This document shows, one piece after another, positions 36,548 through 49,684 of a stretch of DNA of 64,000 nt. Numbering within the stretch: the stretch's first letter is position 1; every line of letters begins with the position of its first letter. Both the position numbers and the translations under genes were made by a program. Below the pieces are notes generated by a model. It searched no databases, was not told the origin of the DNA, and saw nothing but the letters and a program-made list of their open reading frames with translations. Origin of the DNA: Callorhinchus milii (Eukaryota); NCBI RefSeq assembly GCF_018977255.1, contig NW_024704753.1, forward strand, positions 620,001-684,000. Reading direction: 5' to 3'.

Positions 36548-39500
36548 GTAAGGACCCCTTTGCCCCTCTGCGTATAGGCAGCAGAACTCCCCTTCCCTGG
36601 CTAAAGGCGGCAAGTGTTCAGTTTGGGAGGGAAGGGGAGTCGAGCAGCTTGTTTTGTTGGGGTGTGGTGAGGCGGTTGAAGTTCCAAGATCAGTAATGTC
36701 AAACAATGAAGCCTGTTCCTTGTGACTGACTGATCTGAACAGGGAAATGATGGAAACTGCTTAGTGTAGCTGTAACCCAGTAATTAGTTATGAGGAACTG
36801 ATGTTTAAAAAAAAATCCAAATATGTTCTTTGGCCCAAGGGCCAAAAGTCTCTGCTTTGCATTTCCTGCTAAGCACAGCGCTTTACATATTTTGAAACTA
36901 TTCACTGTGGGAAAACATGATTCTTTACATATTGATTGTTTCTTCACTGTTAAATCAGGGTGTTACCGGCATAGTGGAATTATTTGGGTGAAGTATTTTG
37001 ACACTTGTTATTTCTACTGTTGCTTAATGGGAAATGTGATGCCCGCAGGGTGTGGATATTTTTCTCATGTCTCCATTCTATGGATTGCAGTAACATTAAT
37101 GTGCAGCTGTCAGATGGCATCATTCAGAATTTGGAGAAATTTAATCTAATTTGCCTTTTAATTTGAAAAAGCAAGGATTTCAGTCAGTGAGCGGATTGTA
37201 CATTGAGTTTTGAATTCTTGTATGGAATGCTCTTTGATCTCATTGAATTTGAAAATGTGCAGTCCTGCAGCACAGTAGTTAGAACGCTCACCTCACAAGG
37301 GAGAGGACCTGGGTTCGATTCCCGGGCAGGGTGAAACATCGGGCAAGTTTCCTTATTCCACACACCCCTCTGTTTACCTATAAGTAAGTTGGGAACCCAG
37401 TTGTTAAGTCGATTGGCGGATTGCTTTTCTGGGGGTAATAATCACTTCAAAAAAAAATGTGGTTACTCAATCCATGACTGTTTATGGGACATGGCATTGG
37501 CTGCTGCGTTTCACCCACAAAAATACAGTCACTACACTTTACAGTATAAGGTGCTATATCAAATGCAAGGTTTATTATTAATTTTTGTCTGTAGTTGTCT
37601 GCTCTGGGCATTTTCTTGAACAATCTTTTCTCTGTGCCACAGAACCCAACGCCTCACGTGCAGCTCCGGCGAGTGTCCCCAGCGTCCAACTTCCCCTGGG
37701 ACACCCGGCCCCAGGTCCAGGCCAGGCTGTCGCCTCCAAATGCCCCTTCCTGGCTGCTGAGATGAGCCATGGCCACAGCAGCGTGGTCCGCAAAGCCAGT
37801 GTGGAGCTTTCGGAAGATGTACAGGAGATGCACGCTGTCAGGAAAGGTAGGATTAACTAGGTTTATAACCTTGTACTGTGGTGTTGGACTTAAATCCAGA
37901 ATGTCCTTGTATTCCAACTTAGTATGGTGGTGCATGTCACATTGCTTGAGTGTGAAGCAGGATCTCTATATTTCCCAATTGTCCGTGCCTCCCAGTCCTT
38001 TAAAGTTCGTGGTATTTTTATTAAGCACCCGTTGTTTTGAGCCAAGGCCAAATCGAGATCATGCCTCTGAATTTACACCACCTGAGCTGAGAGTGTCAGC
38101 AAGTCTCATCATTTCAGGTGTGCATCCGTCTTTGATTTCTGCATGTTTAGAATTGTTTACTCCACTGTGGCGATGCCATTGATCTCAGCACTAATCACCT
38201 TACACCCACGTTAGGATTGTTTTAATATTGATGGCATCAGGCTAACCAATTGCAAAATTACCCTTCAGAGTTGGCTCATAATCCAGCTGCTGTCAGTGTG
38301 AGTGAAGTGAGCAGACAGCAGCCCAGCCTCCTGAGAAACCTGCACGGTGCTGTCAAGCAGAAACGTCCGTCCCATCTCATTCAAGACAACATGCCCAAAT
38401 GTAAGTGTTAGCTACAGAAATGTAATGAGCATCCCAACTTATCCCAATCTCAATTTATACTATTCTGTAGTTACTTTTTTTTCCTCATCAATTGAGGGGC
38501 AAGGGGTGGGTGGGAGAGAGGAATGGTGTGTGGGTGCTGGTTAAACTCCTGACATTTATTTTAAATCACTTTGGAGTGTCTCCTTAACCCTGACCTGCTG
38601 TGCACAATTAGCTTCTGCGTTTCGCCTACAAAATATACAGTCAATTCACTTTACAATATGTGCTGTGAAGAGTTTTGAGACGTCTCAGCAATGTGATCAG
38701 GCGCTATATCAAATGTGAGGATGATTATTATTATTATTACTAATATTATTCTCTTTATCTGCAGCTGTCCCAGCCTTCAAATATGATGGTTTCTTCGAGA
38801 AGTCGATCAACGCGAAGAAGAAAGACCACACGTATCGAGTCTTCAAAACTGTGAACCGGCGAGCAGATGTCTTCCCCATGGCTGACGATTACTCTGACTC
38901 TGTTAGCATCAAGAAGGAGGTGTTTGTGTGGTGCAGCAACGATTACCTGGGGATGAGCCGGCACCCCAGGGTCGTGGCGTCTATAATGTGAGTGTCCCTC
39001 GCAACTGTACCTACACACTTTACTGGCCCACGGCTTTTTGTTGGGAACGATTTTCTATTTGTCAACGTATCTGCACCTTGGCTTGTACGCAGAATGTCTC
39101 AGTTTGCAGTTGGCTGTGCTTCTCTCCCCAACTGGTGTATGTCAACACAGCCTTGCACACGAGAGGGGTGTGGTGAGGAATGAAGCCCCGAGTTAAACAT
39201 GAGCGAGATGGTGGGCAGGGTGGAGCAGATTATAATAAAAATGTAATAATCCTTGCATTTGTTGTAGCGCTTTTCATGTCTTCTAGACAACAACAACAAG
39301 ATTCCATTTATTGAGCGCCTTTCACGTCGGGAGGACGTCCCAAGGCGCTGTACAGTTAGGTCAGGACCCGAGCAAGGGGGAAATGGTCAGGGTGAGGGGA
39401 GGGAAGGGAGGGGGTGAGGAGGGGGTAGAGAGTCGAGAGGGGAGCTGAAGGCTGAAGGTCAAAGAGAAAGGTCTTGAGACCGGCCTTGAAGGAGGAAAGG

Positions 39501-42500
39501 GAGGAAGCGGCGAAGGCACTGGGGGATAGAGTTCTAGAGCCTTGGGGCTGAGAGGCTGAAGACATCTCAAAATGCTTCACAGAGTATACTGTGAAGTGAA
39601 TTGATTGTATATTTGTGGGTGAAACGTGACAGCCAATTTCGCACAGCAGCGTCCCACAAACAGTCATGGATTGAGGGACCAATTTTATTTATTTTTCTGA
39701 GGGATTATTATCAGGCGAGCAAGGATTAAGGAATCTTGCCCAAGGTTTTGTCCTGCTGGGAATCGAACCCAGCTCTCTTGCTTGTGAAGCGAGTGCCCTA
39801 ACCACTGAGCTACAGGACTCCACAGATTGGAATGCCTTTGTGTGCAGAGAATTCCTTTCTGAACTCGTACAAGATCTAATCCTCTAGCTGGCTTCAGTTT
39901 GCCTTTGTTTCCAGCTGTGTAACTGGAAGCTCGGTTTCCTTTCCAGGGATGCCCTGCGGCAGCACGGTGCGGGAGCTGGGGGCACCAGGAACATTTCTGG
40001 AACCAGCAAATACCACGTTGATTTAGAGGGTGAATTGGCTGATCTTCACGGCAAGGACGCTGCTCTGCTGTTCTCCTCCTGCTTCGTAGCCAATGATTCA
40101 ACGCTCTTCACTCTGGCCAAAATGCTCCCAGGTACGTATGGTGCTCAGTGAAACCTGCTTACAAGATCACTGGACTATCCTTAAATATACTTACTGCTGT
40201 CTTCCCATTGTTTGAGAGTTCACCAGACTAGCCTTAAACTCCCTCTGGTAACCTGTTCCAACTGCTGGTGTCAAATACTTCCCATACTTTTGGTGTCTTA
40301 TCTACAGAATCACTTTCACATCCCTGGCCATTGCTGCCTTGGCTTGTCGCGCTGGGTTTACAATCCCTTCAGATCCCCACAGAGATGTCTTGTGCTGCAC
40401 GTTACCTGTTTAATAGCTTTGCGTTCCGCACCCTAATTGCAACTTTTTGCCTAAATGGTATTTATTCTCTCTCTGCTCTACAGAAAGCTGGTCACATTGT
40501 GATGTTTAAATCATGCTTGTTAATTTTAATAAAGTGAATTTCCTTTCCTTCGAATGTCTGTTACAGGACTTTAACCACTTTGTGAATCATTGTGTACGTT
40601 TCTGAGCAAGATGAGTAACTCTGTTACCAGATACTTCACAGCCTTGGCTTTTGAGCAGTGTTGGGTTACGAGGCTTGTTTTGTCTTACTGTGGGCTCCCT
40701 GTCGTTGGGAATGATTTCAGAGGCTGTGTGTGTGTGCGTGCGTGTGTGTGTGTGTGTGCGTGCACTAAGTTCTGTTTCCATTTGCTCAGGTTGTGAGATC
40801 TATTCTGATGCGGGAAACCATGCCTCCATGATCCAAGGAATTCGGAACAGTGGTGTTCCCAAGTTCATCTTTCGTCACAATGATGTCAGTCACCTGCGGG
40901 AGCTGCTGCGTAAATCCAATCCGGCCACTCCCAAGATCGTGGCCTTTGAGACTGTGCACTCAATGGATGGTATGTGTCTGTAATCTATTCCCATTGTAAA
41001 GGGAACTGGGTGTAGTGTGTCAGCAAGCTAATAAGGTAATTCCTAAGTTGCAAAACCTCCCAAACTAGTCTGGCCACATTTATTTACCCTGAAATCTGTT
41101 AATATGTTTGCCTCCAGTACAGTCACCATTTACTGTAAATCTTCCCTCTGCCCCTGCCCAACGTTGAAATGTTTGATGAGGTCCTGTATCAAACGTTAGG
41201 ATGATTTTTAGAGAAACACCGATTGTAGTGTGATTGGGTTATGGGCTCTGACATTTCAAACCGAAACATCAGAGAACGCACAGAGTTGGCCTCACAGTGC
41301 TGGCCGGCTGGCTTCCTGAGTGTTAAATGGCCAACCTCCTGTTGGTTTAATCCCTGCCTTGGGACGTCCTCTCGATGTGAAAGGCGCTATACAAATGTAA
41401 TTTTGTTGTTGTTTGTCATTGCCTGTGTTGCTGGCTATAAATGCTCAGCTCCCAGCAGTGACAGCCATAATCTGGGTGGTGACTATACTTTAAGCACAGG
41501 AAGCCAACCAGTATTCTATGTACAGGCACACAATGTGGAAGAACTGACCACAATCGTGCTGGTTATAACGCCCTCTCCCCTCACATCACCAGATTACCTG
41601 GGCTGTACTGTATGGCAATGGTGGTTGGGCAGGGGCAGAGTTAAATTTCCATATTGTGGTTTGAAAGCCTTTCTTTCCCAAGTGTCTGATGTTGCCTTTT
41701 CCCTCAGGCGGTGTGTGCCCGCTGGAGGAGCTGTGTGACGTGGCACATCAATACGGTGCCGTCACCTTTGTGGATGAGGTCCATGCCGTGGGGCTTTACG
41801 GCTCTCGGGGTGGGGGCATCGGCGATCGTGACGGGCTCATGCATAAGATGGACATCATTTCAGGAACCCTGGGTATGTGCTTCCTGGCCCTCTTTCCTGG
41901 AGTGCTGCGAGCCTGCTGCTATTGTGGTGGATTAGGGCACTCTGACCTCGGAAGGATGATGATTGAGCAGAACAACACTTGCTAGTAGCTGGAGTGCGTG
42001 TACGGGGCGATGTTTCTCACGTCATTTGGTGTCGTTTCCAAAGTTCATGACCAATAAATAGGTAGATCTCCTCAACGCCACTGATTAATAATAATAATAA
42101 TAATAATCCCTCCAAAACCAAAAACAATAATAAATTGGTCATTTTCAATCTACGACTGTTTGTGGGACATTGCTGTGCGCAATTGGCTGCCGCGTTCGCC
42201 CACAAATATACAGTCAATTCACTTTACAGTGTGTTCTGTGAAGCGCTTTGGGACGTCCTCCCGACGTGAAAAGCGCTATATCAAATGCAAGGATTATTAT
42301 TATTATCAACAACAGCTTGTGTTTACATCGCGCCTTTCACTTTATAGGCACTTCAGTCACCCTTATTAACAACCCACAGTTGGTATATAATTACTATTTA
42401 GTGAAAGTCTGGGAGTTTGGGCTTTATTATATTAAAAAATAATAGTGGTTTGATTACGTTAGTAACCCATTTAATGCTGTTTAGCAGCAATTTTGTATAC

Positions 42501-45500
42501 AATACAGGATGCTGACGTTTATCACTCTGAATGCCTGTTGTCAGATGTAATTAAAGCACTGACCTAGAAAGGCTTCAGAGAAGAGTAAACTGAGCCTGTG
42601 ACCGAGTTTGCCCAATATCTGTCTTATATTAAATAATGGTAATGCTTATCAAATTACAGCCATGTGATACACAGCCGCCTTCTTGTACAGGAGTGTGAAC
42701 AGCCTCTTTACAAAACAGCCATTGTACTGGATGGTCCTGGGTTTACTAACCCTCAGTGCCAGTTTTATTAGCATCATTACCACTGCACCTAATCAGATGG
42801 TGAATGAAATGTTACACAATAAACTTTGTTCCCATTTTGGCTCTGACCTTTCAATGAGAAAGTTGTATCCTATGCAGGCTGAGATGTCTTGTAATTCCCT
42901 TTGTGCATGAGGGACATTTGGATTACTGATGCTCAGCAGATTGTGTGGATGCTGCCTTCTGAGAATCATTCTGTGTAGCAGGAGCCACATCCTGCTATCT
43001 CTACCCCAACCCCACCCCCCACCCTTACCCCAGCACATTGCTTGGCATCATTGCTGGTAACATTCAGACGTGCAGCAATTTGCTGAGATCTGCTTTCTTC
43101 CCTGCTGAATGTGGTTCATGTTGAAACTGTTCTGCATGTTGGCGTTTGTGCTCATGGAACAATTCATAGCAAAAGTGGAGTTCTGCAGTCTAGTTAGGGC
43201 AAGCTCGCCTCGTAAGCGAGAGGACGTGGGTTTGATTCCTTAGGCAAGTTTCCTTACTCCACACGACTCTGGTACCTAGTAGTAAGTAGGGACCCAGTTG
43301 TTAGTCGATTGGTGGATCGCTTTCCATCGGTGGTAATCCCTCCCCAAAACCACAAAATATACAGTCACTTTACAGTATATCCTGTGAAGCGCTTCGAGAC
43401 GTCTTGACGTGATCAGGCACTATAGCAAATGCAAGGATTATCATTATTATTAAAGCCGCTCTCTTCCTTTCGCAGGGAAAGCCTTTGGCTGTGTTGGTGG
43501 CTATATAGCCAGCACGGCTTCTCTCGTGGACCTGGTGCGTTCCTACGCCGCTGGCTTTATCTTCACCACCTCGCTGCCGCCCATGCTGCTGTCGGGGGCC
43601 CTGGAGTCGGTGCGCGTGCTAAAGAGCGAGGAAGGGCGGTTGCTGCGACGTAAACACCAGCGTAACGTGGCCCATATGAGGCAGCTACTGATGGACGGAG
43701 GCTTCCCTGTCATCCAGTGTCCCAGTCACATTATCCCCATCCGTGTGAGTGTCCCTTCTATCACTTCAGGCCTACACTGCCTGAGCTTCTCATCACCTCG
43801 TGTTTACTGTATAGCGCCTTTCACGTCGGGATGACATTCCCCAGCGCTGGGGGATGTTCCAGCGACTCGGGATGTCCTCATGTGAAGGGCACTAAACAAA
43901 GGTAATTTGTTGTTGTATTTTGATGCTTTTCATTGTGTTTCCTGTAAACTGGGAATCCTAAATCTGTGTCAGGTTAATGGTCTCCTGTGATTTGATACCT
44001 TGTTTGCTGGAGGAGCCTGGTTCACGTTGAACAGGCGGCTTGTGATAATATGCTGTGTGTCAGCTCTCACATACCCCAAAACATTAAGGCATCGCTGCCT
44101 CTGAAGTGGGAGTTGATGGCCACACCCTCTGGGCAGGTTGGAGCAATATTCCTGCTCATTGAATTGATGGGGAATGTGTGTCAATGAGATCTTACTTGTA
44201 AGTGGTTTGCTTTGTAAAGGATTGCCCGCCCCACCTCACTGACTAATGTGCTTGGTCTGTTTCTGCAGGTTTCCAACGCAGCGCAGAACACCAAGGTCTC
44301 TGATCAGTTGTTGAGTAAATACAACATTTATGCCCAAGCCATCAACTACCCCACGGTGGCACGTGGTGAGGAGCTCCTGCGCATCGCTCCTACACCTCAC
44401 CACACCCCTCAGATGATGGATTACTTTCTGGGTAAGATACAATGATGTGTGGGACACAGGGGCAGCCAGAACATCTGCTTGTTACACTCGGCTTGACACT
44501 CTGTCACAGCCCATTGTGTACTGAGGTGCTCACTCATCTGCTGGCTAAACAAGGCAGCCAGACTGTCTGGCCAAAACACATTATCAGTTTACTGTGATGC
44601 TTGGTGTATAATGCCACTGGTATTTAATGACTAGCAACTACGGTGATGGCTGTGTCACTGGGACATGCCCTTGGCTCTGCCCAGTGTGTTTGGGAGTTGG
44701 CAGTGTGTGGTTAATCCTGGGTGAGTGGATTAGTGATTTAATGGTATGCAGAAATGTTAGGTTACTTTCCTGTGGAGTCTAATAGCTCAGTGATTAGAGC
44801 ACTCGCTTTGCAAGTGAGAGACCTGAGTTCAATTCCAGGCAGAGGGCGAAACCTTGGGCAAGTTTCCTTACTCCACACAGAGCCTAATAATAATCCTCCA
44901 AAACCCAAATCAATAATAAATTGGTCATTTTCAATCCACGACTGTTTGTGGGACATTGCTGTGCGCAATTGGCTGCCGCGTTCGCCCACAAATATAGTCA
45001 ATTCACTTTACAGTATATTCTGTGAAGTGTTTTGAGATGTCTAGAAGATGTGAAAAGCGCTATATCAAATACAAGTATTATTATTATAAGCAGGACAAAA
45101 CCCTCGGCAAGTTTCCTTACTCCACACACTTCTGTTTACCTACCAGTAAGTGGGAATCCGGTTGTTAGTTGATTGGTGGATCGCTTTCTGGGATCTCCTT
45201 AGCCTCCTTCAAGTCCTGCCTCAAGACCCTCCTCTTTGACCATGCCATCAGCCACCCCCCTTCCCCTCCCCTGCCTTTGCCCCCCCCACCCCCGACCCCA
45301 ACTCGGGTCTGAAATGTTGTATTCGGTTCAGCGCCTTGGGACGTCCTCTCGACATGAAAGGCGCTGTACAAATGTCATCTTGTTGTTGTTGATACTGCTG
45401 TGGGACACTGTTGTGAGTAATTGGCTGTTGTGTTTTGCCCACAAAATGTACAGTTACTTTACAATATATTCTGTGAAATGTGTGTGTCACAGACGGTAAG

Positions 45501-45709
45501 CAGAGTGAAGGTATGCCAGACTAAATCTGTTTTATTTTTATTAAACAGAGAAGCTGCTGATTGTGTGGAAGGATGTTGGGCTGGAGCTGAAATCCCACTC
45601 CTCTGCAGAGTGTAACTTCTGCCATCGCCCCCTACACTTTGAGCTACTGAATGAGAGCGAAAGGTCCTATTTTGATGGCTTGAGCAACTTGGTGTCTGTG
45701 AGCGCCTGA
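36352..45709 (+). CDS. ALAS1: 5-aminolevulinate synthase 1, mitochondrial, 625 aa; join(36352-36547,37643-37846,38269-38400,38765-38987,39947-40131,40790-40969,41708-41872,43476-43744,44269-44431,45549-45709)
   Basis: [26 protein letters not shown] presequence with three CP heme-regulatory motifs; [46 protein letters not shown] (PLP lysine); C-terminus [15 protein letters not shown] is ALAS1-type; 1878 nt open across 10 GT-AG exons; AATAAA 45842-45847. Confidence 0.98.
37643..37846 (+). CDS. ALAS1: ALAS1 coding exon 2
   Basis: ASKCPFLAA...EDVQEM; 204 nt, phase 1 to 1. Confidence 0.95.
38269..38400 (+). CDS. ALAS1: ALAS1 coding exon 3
   Basis: ...[10 protein letters not shown]; 132 nt; gtaagt donor. 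Confidence 0.92.
38765..38987 (+). CDS. ALAS1: ALAS1 coding exon 4
   Basis: [14 protein letters not shown]...[13 protein letters not shown]; 223 nt. Confidence 0.97.
39947..40131 (+). CDS. ALAS1: ALAS1 coding exon 5
   Basis: [15 protein letters not shown]...[17 protein letters not shown]; 185 nt. Confidence 0.97.
40790..40969 (+). CDS. ALAS1: ALAS1 coding exon 6
   Basis: [20 protein letters not shown]...FETVHSMD; 180 nt. Confidence 0.97.
41708..41872 (+). CDS. ALAS1: ALAS1 coding exon 7
   Basis: [12 protein letters not shown]...[11 protein letters not shown]...DIISGTL; 165 nt. Confidence 0.97.
43476..43744 (+). CDS. ALAS1: ALAS1 coding exon 8
   Basis: [12 protein letters not shown]...[15 protein letters not shown]...SHIIPIR; 269 nt. 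Confidence 0.97.
44269..44431 (+). CDS. ALAS1: ALAS1 coding exon 9
   Basis: [23 protein letters not shown]; 163 nt. Confidence 0.97.
44776..45088 (+). mobile_element. Same SINE family, near full-length (ALAS1 intron)
   Basis: High identity to 13086-13412. Confidence 0.9.
45549..45709 (+). CDS. ALAS1: ALAS1 last coding exon
   Basis: [24 protein letters not shown]...VSA*; TGA 45707-45709. Confidence 0.97.
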
Positions 45710-47109
45710 TCCGCCTGCCCAGGGAGGGCACTGTGGCTCTCCCCTTCCTTCCCCCATTACATCCAACTTTATACTCCACTGATTTTAACAGAATATATAC
45801 ATATAATTTATACAAGTTATTCCATGATGGGGGCAAAAACTAATAAAAATAGTAAAATCATCTGCGTGTCTCTGGTTTGCTCAGTGCTGTGGGTGAGGCT
45901 GTCACTCAGTTACTTTCTGGGAAGAATATGACACATGGTTGTGAAAGGGCTGCTTTCTAGAGATATCAGCAAAGACTTTGCCAAAACAACTCATTCCCAC
46001 ATCTCCTTCCTGTCTGAATGTTGTTGTTGGGTCCTGACGCTGGGGATTTTCAAAGATGCTTTAAATTCCTAAATTAGTTTGTGCGGTCAATTCACTTTGC
46101 AGTATATCCTGTGAAGCGTTTTGAGATGTCTCAAAGACGTGATAAGGTGCTATATCGTCACATTTTGCAGTAAGTTTTGTTTTGAAACAAAAAAAACAGA
46201 AGCTCTGTGTGGAGTGACTGCCCGTAAGTATGTGTTGCTGTCACGCCTGATTTACAGTAAAGCCTTCCGGCTCCTAGTGGGAAGTTATCTGTTCCAACTC
46301 TGTAAAAACTGGAATCCAGTCTATTTCCTGCTGTCTCTGACCTCACTGACTGACGCATGATGAGGAAACCTATTGCCAGTTCCTTTTGCCGGAACTGACT
46401 TACTTGTCAAGACAAGCAGATTGCAAATGTTTTCAAGGGTTTCACCCACAAACACACGGTCACTATGTTTTACAGTATATTCTGTGAAGCGCTTTGAGAT
46501 GTCTCGAAGATGTGCAAATGCAAGGATTATTATTAAGGTTTCACTGACCATCAGGAGCTCAGTCCAAAGTTTTTTTCTTTATATTTTCCTGGTGCACTAT
46601 AATAATAATAATCTTTACTATAATAATAATCCTTGTGTTTAATACTGCACCTTATCAGGTTGGTGAGACGTCTCAAAGGATGTACTGTAAAGTGAGGTGA
46701 CTGTATTTTGTTGGCAATACGTGGCAGCCAATTGCACACACTGGCCCATGAGGGGAGGTGTTAAACCCGAAGGTTCCCACCCAGACCTGTTCAGGTTAGA
46801 GACTCCCCAGACTCGGGAATGGGGGGGGGGGGGGGTTGTTCCGGGTTCTGGGCTGACAATCCCGCAGATTAGACACTCTCAGTGACTTCAAGGCTGAGGA
46901 CAGACCTTGCCCTGCTTTGCCTGGTGTGTTTCCCTACCCAAACACACGCCACACGCGGCAGCATTATCAATGAAATATTTCGGACGTTTTGACTATGAAT
47001 TTGGAAGGTTTTTTGTTTAATCTTGTAACTTGGGGTGGGGGTGTGCTGTGGTGTTGCAGCCAGAGCAGGAAAGGCCGGTTATTATAATAATATTCATCCT
47101 TGTGTTGTC

Positions 47110-47960
47110 ACACAACACAAAATTACATTACCTTTCACGTTGGGAGGATGTCCCAAGGCGCTGAACAATCAGAGCTCGCGTGGGCGGGGGGTTTGGGTCA
47201 GTAAGGGTGGAGGGCAGAGAGGGTAGGAGGGTGGCCAAAGGCACAATCGAAGAGGAGGTTCTTGAGGCGTGCCTTGACGGAGGTAAGGGAGGGAGCGAGG
47301 TGAAGGGTATGTTAGATGGAGTTCCAGAGGGTGGGGGCAGAGAGACTGAAGACCTGACCGCCGATGGTGGGGCAGGCCGGTCGGGGGACATGGAGCAGGC
47401 TGGAGCCTACTGAGTGGAGGGAGAGGACAGGTTGATAAGGGGTTAGCAGGTTGGAGAGGTAGGAGGGGACAAGGCCATGGAGGGCCTTGAAGGTGACGAT
47501 GAGAATTTTGAACTTGATTCTCTGAGGGAAGTGGAGCCAGGCAAAGGTGGGTGTGATGGGGTCATGGAGTCTGGTGTAGGAGAGGACACAAACTGCAGAG
47601 ATCTGGATGATCTGCAACTTGTGGAGGGAAGAGTTGGGCGGGGTAGTGGCGGAGTCGGGAAATGTTGCAGAGGTGGGGGAAGGCAGAGCGTGTTATGGCA
47701 TGGATGTGGGGGAGAAAGGACAGTTGAGGGTTGAATAAGATGCCTAGGTTCTTGACTGGCTTGGTGAGGTGGAGTGTGCATCCTTGGATGCTGTCAGTGC
47801 CTGAGGTGCGGAGGCGTTGGCAAAAGCCAATCAGGAGAGTCTTGGTCTTGCTGACGTTCAAATGTAGAAAGTTGGCTCTCATCCAGGACTTGATGTTTGA
47901 CAGACAGTCTGTCAGGACATCAGTGGTCCTGGGGTCGAAGATGGAGGCAGAGAGATAGAG
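47110..47960 (-). mobile_element. L2-clade LINE 3' fragment (RT C-terminus plus tail)
   Basis: Broken frames: WMRANFLHLNVSKTKTLLIG, VKNLGILF, HIHAITRSAF.HL.NISRLR, RIKFKIL...FKALHGL.PSYLS.LL, FS.SAPTLWNS; typical of L2. Confidence 0.88.
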
Positions 47961-48699
47961 TTGGGTAGAGTTGATATAGTAAATTAGAGGCTGAATTTAT
48001 GGAATGCATTAGAGATAGTTTTCTAGAACAGTTTGATGAGGAACCAACCTGCTTTTCTCCCTTGCTCAGGGTCTGACTCCCACCACTGTGCAACGCTCCG
48101 AGACGCTGCCCTGTGTTCTCCACTTCTCAAGTGGAGTCAGACCCTGAGCGAGGGAGAAAGGCAGGGAGGGGGCTAGAGCCACAGTCAAAGAGGGAGGTTT
48201 TTAGTTGGGATTTAAAGGTGGGTCAAGGGGATGAGGCAGAGCTGTGGAGGCAGCGCGTTCCAGAGGAGCGGCTGAAGGCTCAGCCACTGATGAATGGGGT
48301 GGAGGGGTCGCTCGGGGGGGGCGGGGGAGTGTAGTGAGCGAGGGGTGAGAGAGGTAAAGGAACAGTGGACCCGACAGGTAGGCTTGATAGTCTTTGCACA
48401 CGGGACCTGGGGCAGCAGTGAGGAGAGGAACCTGATCTTTCAGCAGTGAATAGGCCTGAGCTGCCGAGGTGCCAACACAAAGTTGTGACATGTTATTGTC
48501 TGTTTGGAACCACACAGTTCCCTCATTGCAAGACGTTCCTCATTCTTCTTCTCGGAAATGATAAGCAAATGCTATGTAACTCCCCACCCACATCATCATC
48601 TCCAAGTAATTGCTTATTTTGTTCAGTGATGGAATTATGTAAGCAGATACGATTCTCCAAAGAGAGTGAGAGAGAGAGAGAGAGCGCATTTCATTCCAA

Positions 48700-49020
48700 A
48701 TAATAATAATAATAATCCTTGCATTTGATATAGCGCTTTTCACGTCAGGAGGACGTCCCAAAGCGCTTCACAGAACACACTGTAAAGTGAATTGACTGTA
48801 TATTTGTGGGCGAACGCGGCAGCAATTGCGCACAGCAGTGTCCCACAAACAGTCGTGGATTGGAAATGACCAATTTATTATTGTTTTGTTTTGGAGGGAT
48901 TATTATTAGGCTCTGTGTGGAGTAAGGAAACTTGCCCAAGGTTTCGCCCTCTGCCTGGAAATGAACTCAGGTCTCTCACTTGCAAAGCGAGTGCTCTAAC
49001 TACTGAGCTACAGGACTCCA
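48700..49020 (-). mobile_element. Same SINE family, full-length
   Basis: Reverse complement of the 13086 copy; tccaaa at both ends may be a target-site duplication. Confidence 0.9.
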
Positions 49021-49653
49021 AAGATCTACTTCTGGGATTTCCATGTGTAAGTGGGAGGCATGGAATTCTCAGCTTGGTTTGGAGAACTCTTAAACAACGC
49101 TGTTGAGTTTCCGTGTGTGTTAGATACACAGCTCCCCAAAAAGAGCCCCAAACCACTCCCGCTCCCGCCTCCCCAGACCGGTTTCATGCAAATCTGTCGG
49201 CAAATCAGGAAACACTGAGAAAATTCCAAGCATTTGTCTGTAACTAGCTGTAACTTCCTCCTCGCTGAAACCTCTCCCCTCCCCCCACACTCCCTGACCA
49301 GGAGACCCTCATCGGGAGATTGTCTGCCCCCCTGTACAGCACTGCCCACCTGTACCTCGTCACGCCAAGCAGACGTGCTCTGTCTCCTGTCAACTCAGCA
49401 CAGTCTGACTTCAGCCAAGCCTCAAACACTCCTCTCTCTCTCTCTCTCTCTCAATCCTCTTCCCCCATCTTGTCTCTCTCCCTCCATCACCCGCCGTGTC
49501 TCTCGCTTTCTTTCTTCCCCACACTCTCTCCCCCTTCTGCCCCTCGTCTCTCTGTCTCTATCTCTGTCTCTCTCACCCCGGCGTCTCTCTCTCCCGCACA
49601 CACTCTCCCCCTTTCCTCTACCCTATCTCTCTGTTTCTCTGTGTCTCTATCTT

Positions 49654-49684
<31 letters not shown>

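Noticed and set aside
46357-46398. C/D box snoRNA (ATGATGA...CTGA)
   Set aside because: Only about 40 nt between boxes, intergenic, no clear terminal stem.
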